Assembly: GCA_963663405.2 (NCBI GenBank)
Contig: CAXXSM010000036.1
Coordinates: forward strand, 62,148-126,147
DNA length: 64,000 nucleotides
Direction: 5' to 3'
Origin: a bacterium
GTDB lineage: Bacteria; Hinthialibacterota; Hinthialibacteria; Hinthialibacterales; Hinthialibacteraceae
The notes under the pieces are model-generated. The model was given only the letters and a program-made list of their open reading frames with translations, was not told the DNA's origin and ran no database searches. Every line of letters starts with the position of its first letter. Within the stretch, counting starts at the first letter, position 1. Below, piece by piece: positions 28,323 through 40,300 of this stretch. The translations under genes were made by a program, and so were the position numbers.

Positions 28323-31300
28323 CTACTCCTCATAGAAATGCAAGAACACCGGATTCTCATTTGTAACGTCAATCTCACCATACAATGAATGCGTAATCGT
28401 AGCGGGAAGATTGTAGACCGTATCCCCCGCCGTTCCAATCACTCTACGGCTTCAATCGGCTCTTCTGTAATTTGTACCCACCGCGTATTGTTCGCGCGGG
28501 GAGGATCGCCGATGATGAATTTATACAAATGCGCTTTACCGGGATTTTCTTGTTGACGGTGAATTGCGCCGTTTCCGGGGACGCGGTGTAGAAATAAGAC
28601 ACATTGTTCTTGTACCGCCATATCGCGCCCCATTTATCCCCATCGGCTGTGGTCCATCCGCAGGTCATCGTATTGTCTTTCTCCGGATCATCATCCTCCC
28701 GCCGATCACTCTGCGCGGGAATCCAGACTTGATACTCCTCATTAAGGCCTAAATTCCATCTTCCGGCGCTCCGGAGGAATGGAGCGCCTGACCGATGGTC
28801 CGAATCACCCGGTCCGAGCCGGATTCAGCCGTTCTGAACCATCCTGTATCATAGGAGGTGTCTCCATTGTAATGGTGAACCCAATAGAGGCAGTAATCCC
28901 AATGACTCCCCGATTCAGACTGCATCGTCGCATCCATCAAAATCGTACGCAGGTAATAAATGCCCTGTGTGCGTTCGTTGGCGTCCGCGCATCCATATAC
29001 ACTGTTTGGATTGGGCTAAGCCCATATTCAGAGACAGCGTAGCGGGGATAGTAATCATAGAAATGACAGATGGTATCCAGCGTATCAAGGCGTTCGATCC
29101 ATTCCTTGGTTCCTTCCCCTTCATGCAGATATTCAGGGGGCGCGATACCAGGATAACCATTGATGGCGATAATCTCAGGCAATAATTCGGTTGATCCATC
29201 CGCTGTTTCTATAATTTTCTGGATAAATCCATTGAGAAACGCCAGCCCGGTCCGGCCGTTGTCCTCTTTCCAAGGACTCGACACACCTTCCGTGATAAAA
29301 TCAAGGATCGGTGACTTTCGATGCTGCCACTCAAGATAGGCAGGTTCGGCCACCGTGTTTTGATCCGCTCACGCGCGGCGAGATAATAATCCGCGAAGAT
29401 CTGACCCGCATAGAAACAATTGCCATCCAGATATCCCCATTTTTCCTCTTCTTCATTGCCCAGCTGCACGCCGATTAACGTCGAACCAATCGCGCCGGGC
29501 ACAGCCAGTTCGATTAATTCCAAACGGTATTCCACCCAATCCGCGTAGCCTTCAGGATCGCAGGTATACCGCCGCTCGAATTCATCCGTATTCTGATCGT
29601 ATGCGATTAAATCCAAGTTCCACCAGCAGTCACTGCATGTCAATGGATGAAGGTCGCAGTCGATCCCATAATGGAGATTCCCACAACCGAACAGCATAAT
29701 CATTTTCATCCCACGTTCCTGCGCTTTTAGAACCATATCAATATTGTCCCGGAACGTTTCTTGCGCAAAGTAACGGATGATTGTTTGATTGTCATCGTTC
29801 ATCTCATCGATATCATCTTCCGTAGGCTCATAACTCGCGTAACTCTGAATACTCGCGCCGAATTGAGGGACCGATAGAGCGGGGATTGGCGTCTCAGTGG
29901 ATTCAGGAACAGGTTTATCATATTCGGGATCTACCATGACAAGACGGAGTGATATCGATGTGGAACTGATAAACGGCTGCATTTTACCGCGGGCGGCCGA
30001 ACGGCAACCTACTGGATCGCCATTCCAGAATCCGCCGCGTATCACACGCGAATCCCCCGAAACAGGCCCGTCAGGATCGGTCTTCGAACCGGTTTCATAC
30101 GGTCCATACCAATCATGGCACCATTCGTAACAACCGCCGCTCATATCATAGATTCCCCAATTGTTCGGTTTCTCTCCCCAACGGGCCGTGTCCGGCCATA
30201 GGAGTTGTACCAGTTCCAGGCGTACGCGTCGATCTGTTCGTATGTGGGATCGTTCCCCCAATAGTACCGTGTCGCCGTTCCTGCGCGGCAGGCGTGCTCC
30301 CATTCCGCTTCCCTCGGCAACCGGAACTCGCCCAATCCCATATCGTTCAAGTTCTGAATAAATTCCAGACAGTCATACCAATTCACCGATTCTACGGGAA
30401 GGTTTTCATCTCCCCCGAAAAATGAAGGATTCTTCCCCATCACCGCTTCCCACTGCGCTTGGGTGATGAGATATTTACTAATATAAAATCCTTTGGTGAG
30501 AATCACTTGATGCTGAGGCCCTTCTTCCTCAAGCCGCTCTTGTTCATTGTCCGGACTGCCCATCAGATACGCCCCTGCCGGGACATAGACCATTTCTAAA
30601 GGTTTTACATCTTCAGAAAGATTGGGGATCTCAATCACAATCGTCTCTCCCCCTTGCTTGGGAAGAGTCGGCGTTGGACTGACATACGGCGTATCCGTCG
30701 GCGTCAACGTCGGAGTCGAGGTAGGGAGCGGTGGAGATGTATGTGTTGGAATCGGCGTTGGTGTAGTAATCCCATAGTTTTCCGGAACACTCAGGCGCGC
30801 CGGATCGAGTTCATCATTATTTAAGAAATCCGCGTGATAGAATCTCTCAATATCAAAGAGATAAACATCGAAATTATCCAAATATACTGTAAGCGGATCG
30901 TCCTCACTCGTGTTGACGATTTGAATCAATGGTTGGAAACCAGTGGAGGGAGGCACAAAGAATGTCGAAAGCCTCTTATATTGATTCACGTAATACGATC
31001 CATCGCTCGCGGCGTGAGTAGAAATAAACACCGGTGAATCCTGCCCGACAGTGGCGATCGTAATCGATGAGTGCGCCGCGTCCGATCGAACCGAACAGCG
31101 GATCATGGCCGCATTTTCCGTTTCAATCATCGGCCCGAAAATCATCAATCCTTCCCCGGATCGGCGGTAATAATCGCGCCAACGCCATCCGTGGCGTCTT
31201 CAAACGCTTGGTCCATTGGAATAGCGCCGTATTCGATTTCCGCTCGCGGATATGTGTCAAATCCAGCCCCCATCACGGTGAATTCATCGCCATCGGAAAA

Positions 31301-31843
31301 ATCGAAACGGTCCGGTTTCGTTGGAGGCTCTGTAGGAGTGGGGGTGGGCAACGCTTCATCGAAATAAACAATATCATCGGAGGTGATTTTATCCACCATC
31401 GAATCCCCGCTGGTTTCATCCTTCCAAATACCATAAATAGTAAATTGATAGGCGCGGCCAAACTGAGGGCCGTCATCAAACGCGGGATTCATATGATAGA
31501 TGTTGGAATCCGCGTCCTCTTTCCATTCAAAAAAGTCCTCACTCGTTTCCCGCCAGCCAATAAACGCGTCATCATTACTTCTGTCAATACGCGCATAGAG
31601 GTGATACTGAGTGTAATCATCCCGCTCAAGATGAAAGCGGATCACCAAAATTCGCTCGCTGGGATCATCCCAATCGGTGATATTCAATAAATCTTCCGTC
31701 GAATCAAGATCGTCCGTCACGATCAGCTGGTTAAGAGGAACATCAACAGATCCGTCATATCGGTTCATCGCGGACATGGCGTTCAACGCAAATAAAAAAA
31801 GAACAAGCAGCTGAATCGCTTTAACACAAACACGCGGAATCAT
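28323..31843 (-). CDS. Large secreted modular protein split by several frameshifts: two unrecognised domains, PT linker, FGE-sulfatase domain and clan-GH-A-like catalytic domain
   Basis: Abutting ORFs 31145-31843, 30141-31148, 29209-30303, 28937-29353 and smaller pieces; FGE motifs ITQAQW, RLPREAEWE, WGIYDMSG, RVIRGG; QLGNEEE and VSEYG. Confidence 0.7.
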
Positions 31844-32245
31844 GATTTTGGTCTCCTGTTAAAAAAATAATTGATTGAACGATAGAACGGCAAAAGCCGG
31901 AAAATAGATTATATCCCCCAAGATACGATCATTCATAGAGGCGCCGCATAGAGACTATACGGATATATCGTCATATGAGAATGATTATAACGCCACGCAT
32001 TCTATCTTGAACAACGATATAACACGCCCGGCGTTTTGTCCGCTTTTTTTGTTTTGAATTCATTTTTCAGAATGCTTTCTAGTAAGATCAAACAGACAGC
32101 AGGGAAATTTAACTTGGGAGAATATTCGGGAATGATCACCAATCATGAAATATTCTATAGATAGATCCTCTATTAGATATAAACAGAATGATCTCAATAC
32201 ATATGACCCATTCCAATAACTCTCACCGAAAAAAGGGGTGGTATT

Positions 32246-33779
32246 GTGACTCGTTATTTCTCATCGTCATTGTTGTCTCTTTTCACTATTGGATCAGCGC
32301 TTTTATCTCTTCCTATCTCAGTTCATAGTGACTTTCCTATGGCCACACCGGAAAGCCAGGGGCTTTCCAGTGAGTCGTTGAATGAATTGGGGGATGTCGT
32401 TCAGTTCTATTTTGATAACGAAATGATTGTAGGGGCGGAACTACTCGTTATCAAAAACCGCTGTACTGTTTTCCACCAAGCCTACGGTTGGATGGACCGG
32501 AAAAAAGGAAATCGATGGCGCTGAATTCCATATTCAATGTCCGTTCGATGACCAAGCCATTCACCGGCGCGGCGGCGCAAATGTTAATCGATGAAGGAAA
32601 ACTCCAACTCGATGATCCCGTGGCGAACTACCTGCCTGGATTCGACAATGACAAATCAAGAGCCATCACCATCGAGCAGTTATTAACACACCGGGGCGGA
32701 TTGCCGCTAAGCCTGCTCATGGATTTAAATTTTGATTATAAAAACTTATTTGAACTGGGAGACGCGGCGGGTATTAATGGTCCGATCTATCCTCCGGTAG
32801 CAAATTCTGGTATAGTGACGCCGGCTCAGAATCATTAGGCGCTGTGGTCGAATCGTATCGGGACAACCGTTAGACGAATTCATCACAGAGCGATTACTCA
32901 TTCCATTAAGTATGAACGATTCGTTTTCCTTCAATCTCGAAAGTTCGAACGATCCATTATGGGATCGGGTATGTAGCCTCTATGTTGGATTTACCGGAGA
33001 TTGGACAAAATATTGGGAACCAGCTGAACAGTCGTTCTATCCATTCGTTTTCGGTTCACAAAGCCTTTACAGCACGCCTATGGATTACGCTCATTTCCTG
33101 GCGATGTGGATGGATGGTGGATTGACAAGCGTCTGGCGAACGGATTCTATCCACCGAAGCGATCGGGCGCACTCTGGCGCCAGTGTCCGAATTGACATCC
33201 CTCGGTTCCGATATCCGTTCGCCTTGTGGCTTTGAGGGATTATGGGGATTTTACGGGCAAATGTCGGTTCTTTACGTTCCTTCAGAACATCTCAGCGGCG
33301 CAAAAGCGGAAGTAATCGGCCATAGTGGATCGGATGGAACCATCGCCATGGCTTGGCCGGAACTCGATTTAATCATCTGTTATTTCACCCAATCACGCAA
33401 TGGACTGACCGCGATCAAAATCCAGCGGGATATTGACCGTTTGCTGATCAATCCAGGAAAGACGCCAATCATACCGGAAGAATATAAGCCTTACGTAGGT
33501 ATATACCAAGCCAATTCCGGCGCCTACAGGGGGATGGAATTTACCGTCTTTATGTTCAACGGCAACTTGACAGTGGATATACCCAATATTTTATTCTTTG
33601 AGTTGCAAGAGCCAACAAGCGCAGGCTTTTGGAAATTTACGATGGATCCCAGCGCATTCATCACTTTTGAAGAAGACGCAGATGGAATCGTAACCGGCAT
33701 GCGATTTCACGAACCCGGCGCGACGCACTATTTGACTAAAATCCAAACCACTCCGGTATATGGCTGGTACCTATATTGA
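32246..33779 (+). CDS. Beta-lactamase-related serine hydrolase, frameshifted
   Basis: SMTK (SxxK), LDDPVANYLP, QLLTHRGG, LYSTPMDYAHF and GHSGSDG across four abutting ORFs; ends PVYGWYLY. Confidence 0.82.
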
Positions 33780-33815
33780 ATTTCGATATTCTATAATTGA
33801 AAGAAGAAACTTATT

Positions 33816-36143
33816 CTAATAACCGGAAAGCAATTCAGCGGGAACACTTCCCGTATTCGGCAGGAGATAAACTTCAAGATTATCCACATAAACGGTCACT
33901 TCATCCGTTCCCATTTGATTGGCGAGTTGGAGGATTGGAAAAACACTTGATCCAGGAGGATCATACAAGAGCGTCAACCGTTGGTAATTCTCTTGAAAAA
34001 TACCTGAATCAGCGGGGATGTTGGTACCAATGGAACCATCCATTGACCCATCCAACGCCGCCAGCGCCACAGCCGCGCCAGGGCCGGTGGAATGAATGGA
34101 GACTCGAAGAAGGATTGAGCCTTCGCCCGCCTCGATTCTTGGAAACTGAAGAAGCTCCACTTCCCCTGGGCCAGCCGTGATCCACGCCCCCCAACCGTCA
34201 CTCATGGAATTGGAACTCGCCGGAATCGCTCCGGTTTCAACCAGGCCTCCGGGCGCGTTGATATATCCACCCGGCATGACGGTAAACTCGTCCCCGCTGT
34301 CGAATGAAAAAACTCTAAGAGGGATTAAATCCGTCTGCGCAACCGGAGTGGCGGTCGTATAAGAAGTAAGTTTCTCCGCTGGAACACGCCCTTCTTTTGG
34401 AATTAGATAGACCTCCAGATTGTCTAGATACACGCTCAGGGACTGCGTTCCATTCTGATTGAATACTTGGAAGACTGGCGTAATCGTTATCCCTGGAGGA
34501 TCGTAGATCATGGACATTTGTTGAAACCGGCCTTGATATAGCGCGCTATCCGCGTTGAGATTCGTTGCAATGGAACCGTCCATCGAACCATCGAGCGCCG
34601 CCAGCGCGATCGACGCTCCGGCGCCGGTCGAACGAGCTGAAACACGGATCAACGCAGCTTGTTCCCCCACATACAAGGTGGGAAACTGTAGAAGTTCCAA
34701 TTGCCCCGGCCCGACGGTAATCACAGCGGCCCGCCCTTCGTTCAGCCCCTCTTCCTGTTCCATGAGTTCCGCAATCATGATTTCCCCACCGGGCGCTTGG
34801 ATAAATCCTCCAGGAATGGCTGTAAATTCTTGAGTGGAGTTGAACGGAATCCATTTGATCCGCTCCAACTCAACACTCGGTTCAGCGCCGCTTCGATAAT
34901 GGAGAGAATAGGCCCCGCCTTCCCCCGTTTCTTCCCGTATACGAAGATAGTAGAGACCACTGCGGTCAGGTGTAAAAACAATTCGAAAGTTCAGATCTTC
35001 CCCGCTGTCGTCATCGCTTACGGACGGCTCCAATGTTTCCGAGTAAAAAAATTCGCAAAGAGGATCGGCGTCTCCAGAAGAAGTAAATTCATAAAGTATC
35101 CCCGCCTCAAGAACAACCTGGAACCAATCCGCCTCATCCGTTGGCGATAGGTTATGGGGACCGTGGATGCGTTCATCCAGTGTGGGAGCGTCAAGCGCCG
35201 ATGCGCCATATATGTTATCATCATTCGGGTCCCATTCATCCATCCAAGAAGATGTTTCCGGCAGCGATCGATATTGAAGTGTGTAGGCGCCAGTGGAGCC
35301 GGGATCGTGTAAGCTCACACGCAGAAAATAGGCGCCCTGCCTATCCGGCGTATACATCAAATGGAAATTATACCCAGTCCCACTATCATCATCCTGCGCG
35401 GCGATAGCGCTTCCATTCGTGTGGAAGAGAACGCCCACCGTATCCGAATCCCCCACACTCCGAAACTCAACCGGCTCACCCGCCGGAAGAACAATCTGAA
35501 ACCAGTCATAAAGATCGGACAAAGATAGGCTATGTGGACCGTGCGTCTGCTCAGACACATCAGGAGCCGGAAGAATGACCGCGCCGGTAAATGTGTCATC
35601 AATCGAATCCCATTCATCAACAACAGGAACCGGCGCTTCACTCACCATCCGGTAATGAAGCGTATAGGGAGCATTCTCTTCTCCAAGCGTACGCACGCGC
35701 AGCAGGAATTTCCCATCCGCTCCCGGTGTATAAAGAAGATTTAAATTTCGCTCCAAATCCACAGCGTCATTATTGAATACCAACGTGACGCCATCCGGAT
35801 AAAACAATTCCCCCACAAGAAACGATTCCCCGGGCGAATAAAACTGATATGAACAACCCTCAGACAAGGTAAAAAGAAACCAGTCATACCGATCCTCGCT
35901 GGACAGAATATGAGGCCCATGCGTCCCTTCCCCCTCAGAAGGAATCTCCAGCATGGTAGCGCCTTGATACACATCATCCCTCGGATCCCAAACGTCCAAA
36001 TCCAGCGCGATCACCGTTTGGAAACCAGAGAAAATGAGCGCGGAGAACAAAATGTAGAACAAAGTGTAGGGTGGGCTAAAAGCGAAGCGTAGCCCACCAT
36101 CCACTTTATCGAAAATGAAATTCATTAATAAATTTAAAAACAT
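33816..36143 (-). CDS. Secreted protein with three PPC-like repeats and two copies of an unrecognised ~160-aa domain; start uncertain
   Basis: Three DxWD..DD...GA...HGPH.LS..D..DWF...DDDSG repeats; two LDGSMDGSI...YDPPG...VYxDNLEVY domains; the 5' end overlaps a REP. Confidence 0.8.
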   Translation of the reverse strand: MFLNLLMNFIFDKVDGGLRFAFSPPYTLFYILFSALIFSGFQTVIALDLDVWDPRDDVYQGATMLEIPSEGEGTHGPHILSSEDRYDWFLFTLSEGCSYQFYSPGESFLVGELFYPDGVTLVFNNDAVDLERNLNLLYTPGADGKFLLRVRTLGEENAPYTLHYRMVSEAPVPVVDEWDSIDDTFTGAVILPAPDVSEQTHGPHSLSLSDLYDWFQIVLPAGEPVEFRSVGDSDTVGVLFHTNGSAIAAQDDDSGTGYNFHLMYTPDRQGAYFLRVSLHDPGSTGAYTLQYRSLPETSSWMDEWDPNDDNIYGASALDAPTLDERIHGPHNLSPTDEADWFQVVLEAGILYEFTSSGDADPLCEFFYSETLEPSVSDDDSGEDLNFRIVFTPDRSGLYYLRIREETGEGGAYSLHYRSGAEPSVELERIKWIPFNSTQEFTAIPGGFIQAPGGEIMIAELMEQEEGLNEGRAAVITVGPGQLELLQFPTLYVGEQAALIRVSARSTGAGASIALAALDGSMDGSIATNLNADSALYQGRFQQMSMIYDPPGITITPVFQVFNQNGTQSLSVYLDNLEVYLIPKEGRVPAEKLTSYTTATPVAQTDLIPLRVFSFDSGDEFTVMPGGYINAPGGLVETGAIPASSNSMSDGWGAWITAGPGEVELLQFPRIEAGEGSILLRVSIHSTGPGAAVALAALDGSMDGSIGTNIPADSGIFQENYQRLTLLYDPPGSSVFPILQLANQMGTDEVTVYVDNLEVYLLPNTGSVPAELLSGY
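36066..36100 (+). repeat. GTAG-family REP 1
   Basis: GTAGGGTGGGCTAAAAGCGAAGCGTAGCCCACCAT. Confidence 0.9.
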
Positions 36144-36190
36144 ATTACATCCAATAATCGTCCTATCATCGATATTCCAAAACTTACTTT

Positions 36191-36224
36191 TGGTGGGCTA
36201 CGCTGCGCTTTTAGCCCACTCTAC
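36191..36224 (-). repeat. GTAG-family REP 2, inverted relative to REP 1 (REPIN-like doublet)
   Basis: TGGTGGGCTACGCTGCGCTTTTAGCCCACTCTAC. Confidence 0.9.
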
Positions 36225-36260
36225 TCGATACTACTCGATACTTCTCGATAAAACATACAT

Positions 36261-36812
36261 TTATTCACCCATACATTGATTGATTAAACCATCTGGCATA
36301 CTTTCACCCCAATCAATTGTATACAAACTCATACCCACATATTTTTTAAAGGTTGACCATTTCCAGTCTTTTGGGGAACTAACATAACCATGCTTAACTG
36401 GATTGTAATGTATATAATCCATATGGTTATAATAATCATCCTGATTACGAATGCGATGTTCCCAGAACCGACGTTGCCAAATCGATTGCTCTCTTTTTCG
36501 GATACGGGATGAGGAACGTTGATTTACTGTTGGTTTCCATTTTTTATACAACCGCGTAAAACCTGATTTTATTAAATTCCAACGAACAGAAAAATTAGAA
36601 TCTCCCTCCGGCAATTTCCATAAGACATGAAGATGATCGGGTAATAATACAAAACCTCCTATCCGAAATGGATGGGAATGTTTCACAATGAGTAAGGATT
36701 TCCGAAGAAGATTCCAAACCTCTTCACAATCAAAAATCGCCTGCCGTTTATAAGTTACTACCGTAAAAAAATACCAAGATCCTGGTGTATAGCATCTTCG
36801 ATATTCCGGCAT
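36261..36812 (-). CDS. rayT: REP-associated tyrosine transposase (RAYT)
   Basis: MPEYRR...WYFFTVVT, VLLPDHLH (HUH), IWQRRFWEH, DYIHYNPVKHG, WKWST; flanked by REPs. Confidence 0.95.
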   Translation of the reverse strand: MPEYRRCYTPGSWYFFTVVTYKRQAIFDCEEVWNLLRKSLLIVKHSHPFRIGGFVLLPDHLHVLWKLPEGDSNFSVRWNLIKSGFTRLYKKWKPTVNQRSSSRIRKREQSIWQRRFWEHRIRNQDDYYNHMDYIHYNPVKHGYVSSPKDWKWSTFKKYVGMSLYTIDWGESMPDGLINQCMGE

Positions 36813-36896
36813 TGATTTGTCTTTCTTATATATAAAATGTCGTATGTACTTTGCTGGGCGCGCTGTGTGGCGCTGTATGGCGCCGTATGGCACTGT

Positions 36897-36931
36897 GTAG
36901 GATGGGCTAAAAGCGAAGCGTAGCCCACCAT
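36897..36931 (+). repeat. GTAG-family REP 3
   Basis: GTAGGATGGGCTAAAAGCGAAGCGTAGCCCACCAT. Confidence 0.9.
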
Positions 36932-37307
36932 CTACTAAATCATAAAAAGTCACAAAAAAAAACCAAAAATCAAACTCCATCAAAAAACTTCTGTATGATA
37001 CCTCTATAATTTATATTTGGCGCCCTACTACTCGTAATTGTTATCCCACTCCTTCTATTCTCGTCTTCATTTCCAAGAATTTGAGAACAATATCACCCTC
37101 CCAACCAAGAAAAGAATTTCTGGATATCGTTTCAGTTCCAATTCATTCTTAACGATAATAAATGAGATACGCTTTTACTCTATAATGAATGCGTTTTTGA
37201 GCATCTATATCTGGTAGGCGCAATATAAAGAGACACCCATATAATGGGGTAGTAAAGTAATTCCCTGGTTTACATGATTACTTGAAACTAAAAGGCGGCT
37301 TTTCGCC

Positions 37308-40300
37308 ATGATGTGGATTCAACGTCTACTTATTTTCATAACAACGTTATTCTCTTGTGTTTCTGGATTCGCTCTCGATGAGCCTGTGCCATTATCCGTA
37401 GACGCCGGAGTGGAAAAGACTACTTATATCCTCCATCCAACGCCTCTCGACGCCACGGTCCAGGGAGGCGATGGGGCGTATATCTATACCTGGATCATCC
37501 GGTTTGGACCTGATCTCGATTACAGCCAGCTGTCCGCCACAAATGTGGAAGATCCAATATTCACTCCTTCGCTTAGCGGAACATATGGGCTGGAACTTAC
37601 AGTCGTATCCGGTGAAAACGCGCCGGTCCGCGATCTCGTTCTCATTACGGTACAGGATTTATTGACCGTTAACGCCGGACCCGATATCTCGATCCGTATC
37701 CTTCAACCCGCGCAACTTGATGGAACCGCGCAGGGAGGTGGAGCCAGTTACATTTACCTTTGGGAGATCGTATCCGGACCGGATACTGACTCAAGTCAAT
37801 TTTCAGCGGTAAATGTGGAAGATCCAACATTCACGCCTGCCACCTTAGGAACCTATGTTCTCCAATTGACCATCGATAACGCCGTCCAAGAGCCTGTTAG
37901 CGACACAATCACCGTTGTTGTGCTACCAACGATTTCGGAGAACACCGCGATAGTAACCGATGGTGTGGACACCTACGACGACCTGAGCGGAGATGTGGAT
38001 TTCGATCCGATCTCCAGACGGGAATTAGTCATCCGATGGAATTTCGAAGGAGAAAATGTCGAATATTTGAACGTAAAGGATATTCAGATTTACGTTCGGA
38101 TTAACTACGAGGATGATTACACATACTTAGGAAAAACCGGCACAGGAGCCGCCACATTCTATTCCTGGAACTCGGACAATGCGCTTCCCGTAGAACCCCT
38201 ATCTGTCAAACGCGCTCAATCCCGCGCACAATACGTTTTTCCATCAGCGTCTGGATCAATTGATCCACGGTTCATCAATGGGCCTGAATTTGGGAAACTC
38301 TATCAATTCCGCGTCTATTTTTTAACCAAAGACGGTTCGCCTTTATTCTATGGCCCATTTGACACAGTAGCCTCGGTGGCGTTTCTCCGGAAATACGAAA
38401 CACCCACACCATTTATCACCTACACACCAACAAAAACACCGACGGCGACGCAAACGCCGACCATCACAAATACGCCGGCGGAAACCCTCACACCAACCAT
38501 TACAAATACACCGACGGAGACGTTAACTCCATCCAACACACCGACGGTGACGAACACACCCACATTCACTCATACGCCAACCGCGACATATACGCCAACC
38601 GTAACCAACACGCCGACGGTCACTCCTACATATACGCCAACCAATACGCCAACCGCGATCTATACATCCACCCCAAAGCCTCCATACGTTGAAGAGGCCG
38701 TCACACTCTACGTGAACCGGACCGCTGTTATCCGTCAGATCGCCGAAGAGGGTCAATCGGCGTGGTTCCGTTTCCAGACCAATTCAACAGGCGTGTACAC
38801 GATCGAGACGCGCCGTGCGCCGGGACAGGTATCCCTGGACACGATAATGCTCCTCTATGGACCGAACAGCGTATCCCCATTCATCACAATGGATGATGAC
38901 GGCGGATTGGGAACATTGTCAAAAATCACGGAAACGCTGCTGGGAAACAGCGTCTATTACATCCAAGTCATCGCATACGATCCTCCAACCGGTTACTATG
39001 GAATCGACATCATTGAAGCGGAACGAAGCTCTACACCAGTTCCATTCCCAACGATGACAAGTGTTCCTACAAAAGAACCGGCGCCAGGGGACGCGCAAAT
39101 CCGCATCAATCCGCTTACATTACAATTCCCAGCAGGCGTTTCAACCAGTGAAACAGCGTTATCCGAAAACAAGAAACTCTTATCGCCAGAATCCGATCCA
39201 GACTACCGCGTATTTCTAAAAACAGGAACCATCGATGCGGATGATCATACAAGTAGAAGCGTTTATCAATCTGCAATTGCGAATGAAACCAATTGTACAA
39301 AACATTTCCTGATCCAATTCGATCAGCTGCCTTCCCAGGAAGAGAAAGAACAACTGGCCACGCAGGGAATCACTTTATTAAGTTACATCCCCAACTACGC
39401 CTATTGGGCGGCGGTTGATCCTGATTCCAACGCTGCATTTTCTCTTTCAAATAAATCTGTTAAAGATCGAACGCGCTGGTCGATTCCCGCATCTTCCCTC
39501 ATAAAACTCTCCCCCGCCGCGAAAGCGGGTCTTTTCCCAAACAACGCCCGGAGAGACGACGGGCGGGTGGAAACTCACGTTCTCATCTTTGCGGATGTAG
39601 ACGCCAATAACGCGGAACAGATCATAGAAGAATCGGGAGTGGAATGTCTTGGTTGGACATACCCGCAAACGATGCGGGCCGCCTGCCCACCGGAATCACT
39701 CGAATCACTGGCTTCACTCGATATTGTCGAATGGGTGGAACCAGCGCCCGCGCCCAATCAGAAAGACAACGCAGACGCCGCCCGGTTATCGAATGTGACG
39801 GATCTCTATTCAATGCCATATGAATTAAACGGGAAGAACGTAACCATAGGCCTATGGGATGAAGGGCGCGTCTATCCACATCATGATTTCGGATCGCGGC
39901 TTATTGCCGGTGATTATGGCTCATCCATCAGCGATCACGCCACCCTCACCGCGGGCGTTCTCGGTGGATCGGGAGCGGGAAACGCGCTGGCCAAAGGCAT
40001 GGCGCCCGCCGTGACGCTGCGGTCATACGATTGGGAAGGCGATACATTTGAAATGCGCATGAGCGCGCGTCTCGGTGTCCGGCTGACCAATCATTCATAC
40101 AGTGAAATTGTGGGATGGCATTTCGACGAGGCGTCAAACGTTTGGATGGATTACGGCAATTCATTCATGTTTGGGAATTATACGTCCACCACACAGGAAT
40201 GGGATCGTGTGGTTCAAGAAACGAATCTCATCGTATTCAAATCCGCGGGCAACGACCGGAGCCAAGGCCCAGACGCATGGAATAACGGCCCTTACAGAGA

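Noticed and set aside
29930-30060. Second FGE domain as a DGR template or variable region
   Set aside because: It is internal to the protein, has no AAC runs or NNC pattern, and its DNA does not match 20358-20492 closely.
36813-36983. Longer N-terminus for RAYT from the ORF track
   Set aside because: It reads through REP 3 and tandem repeats; the family-typical start is MPEYRR at 36812.
38395-38680. Tandem DNA repeats as a non-coding array
   Set aside because: They encode the Thr-Pro linker of the S8 peptidase.
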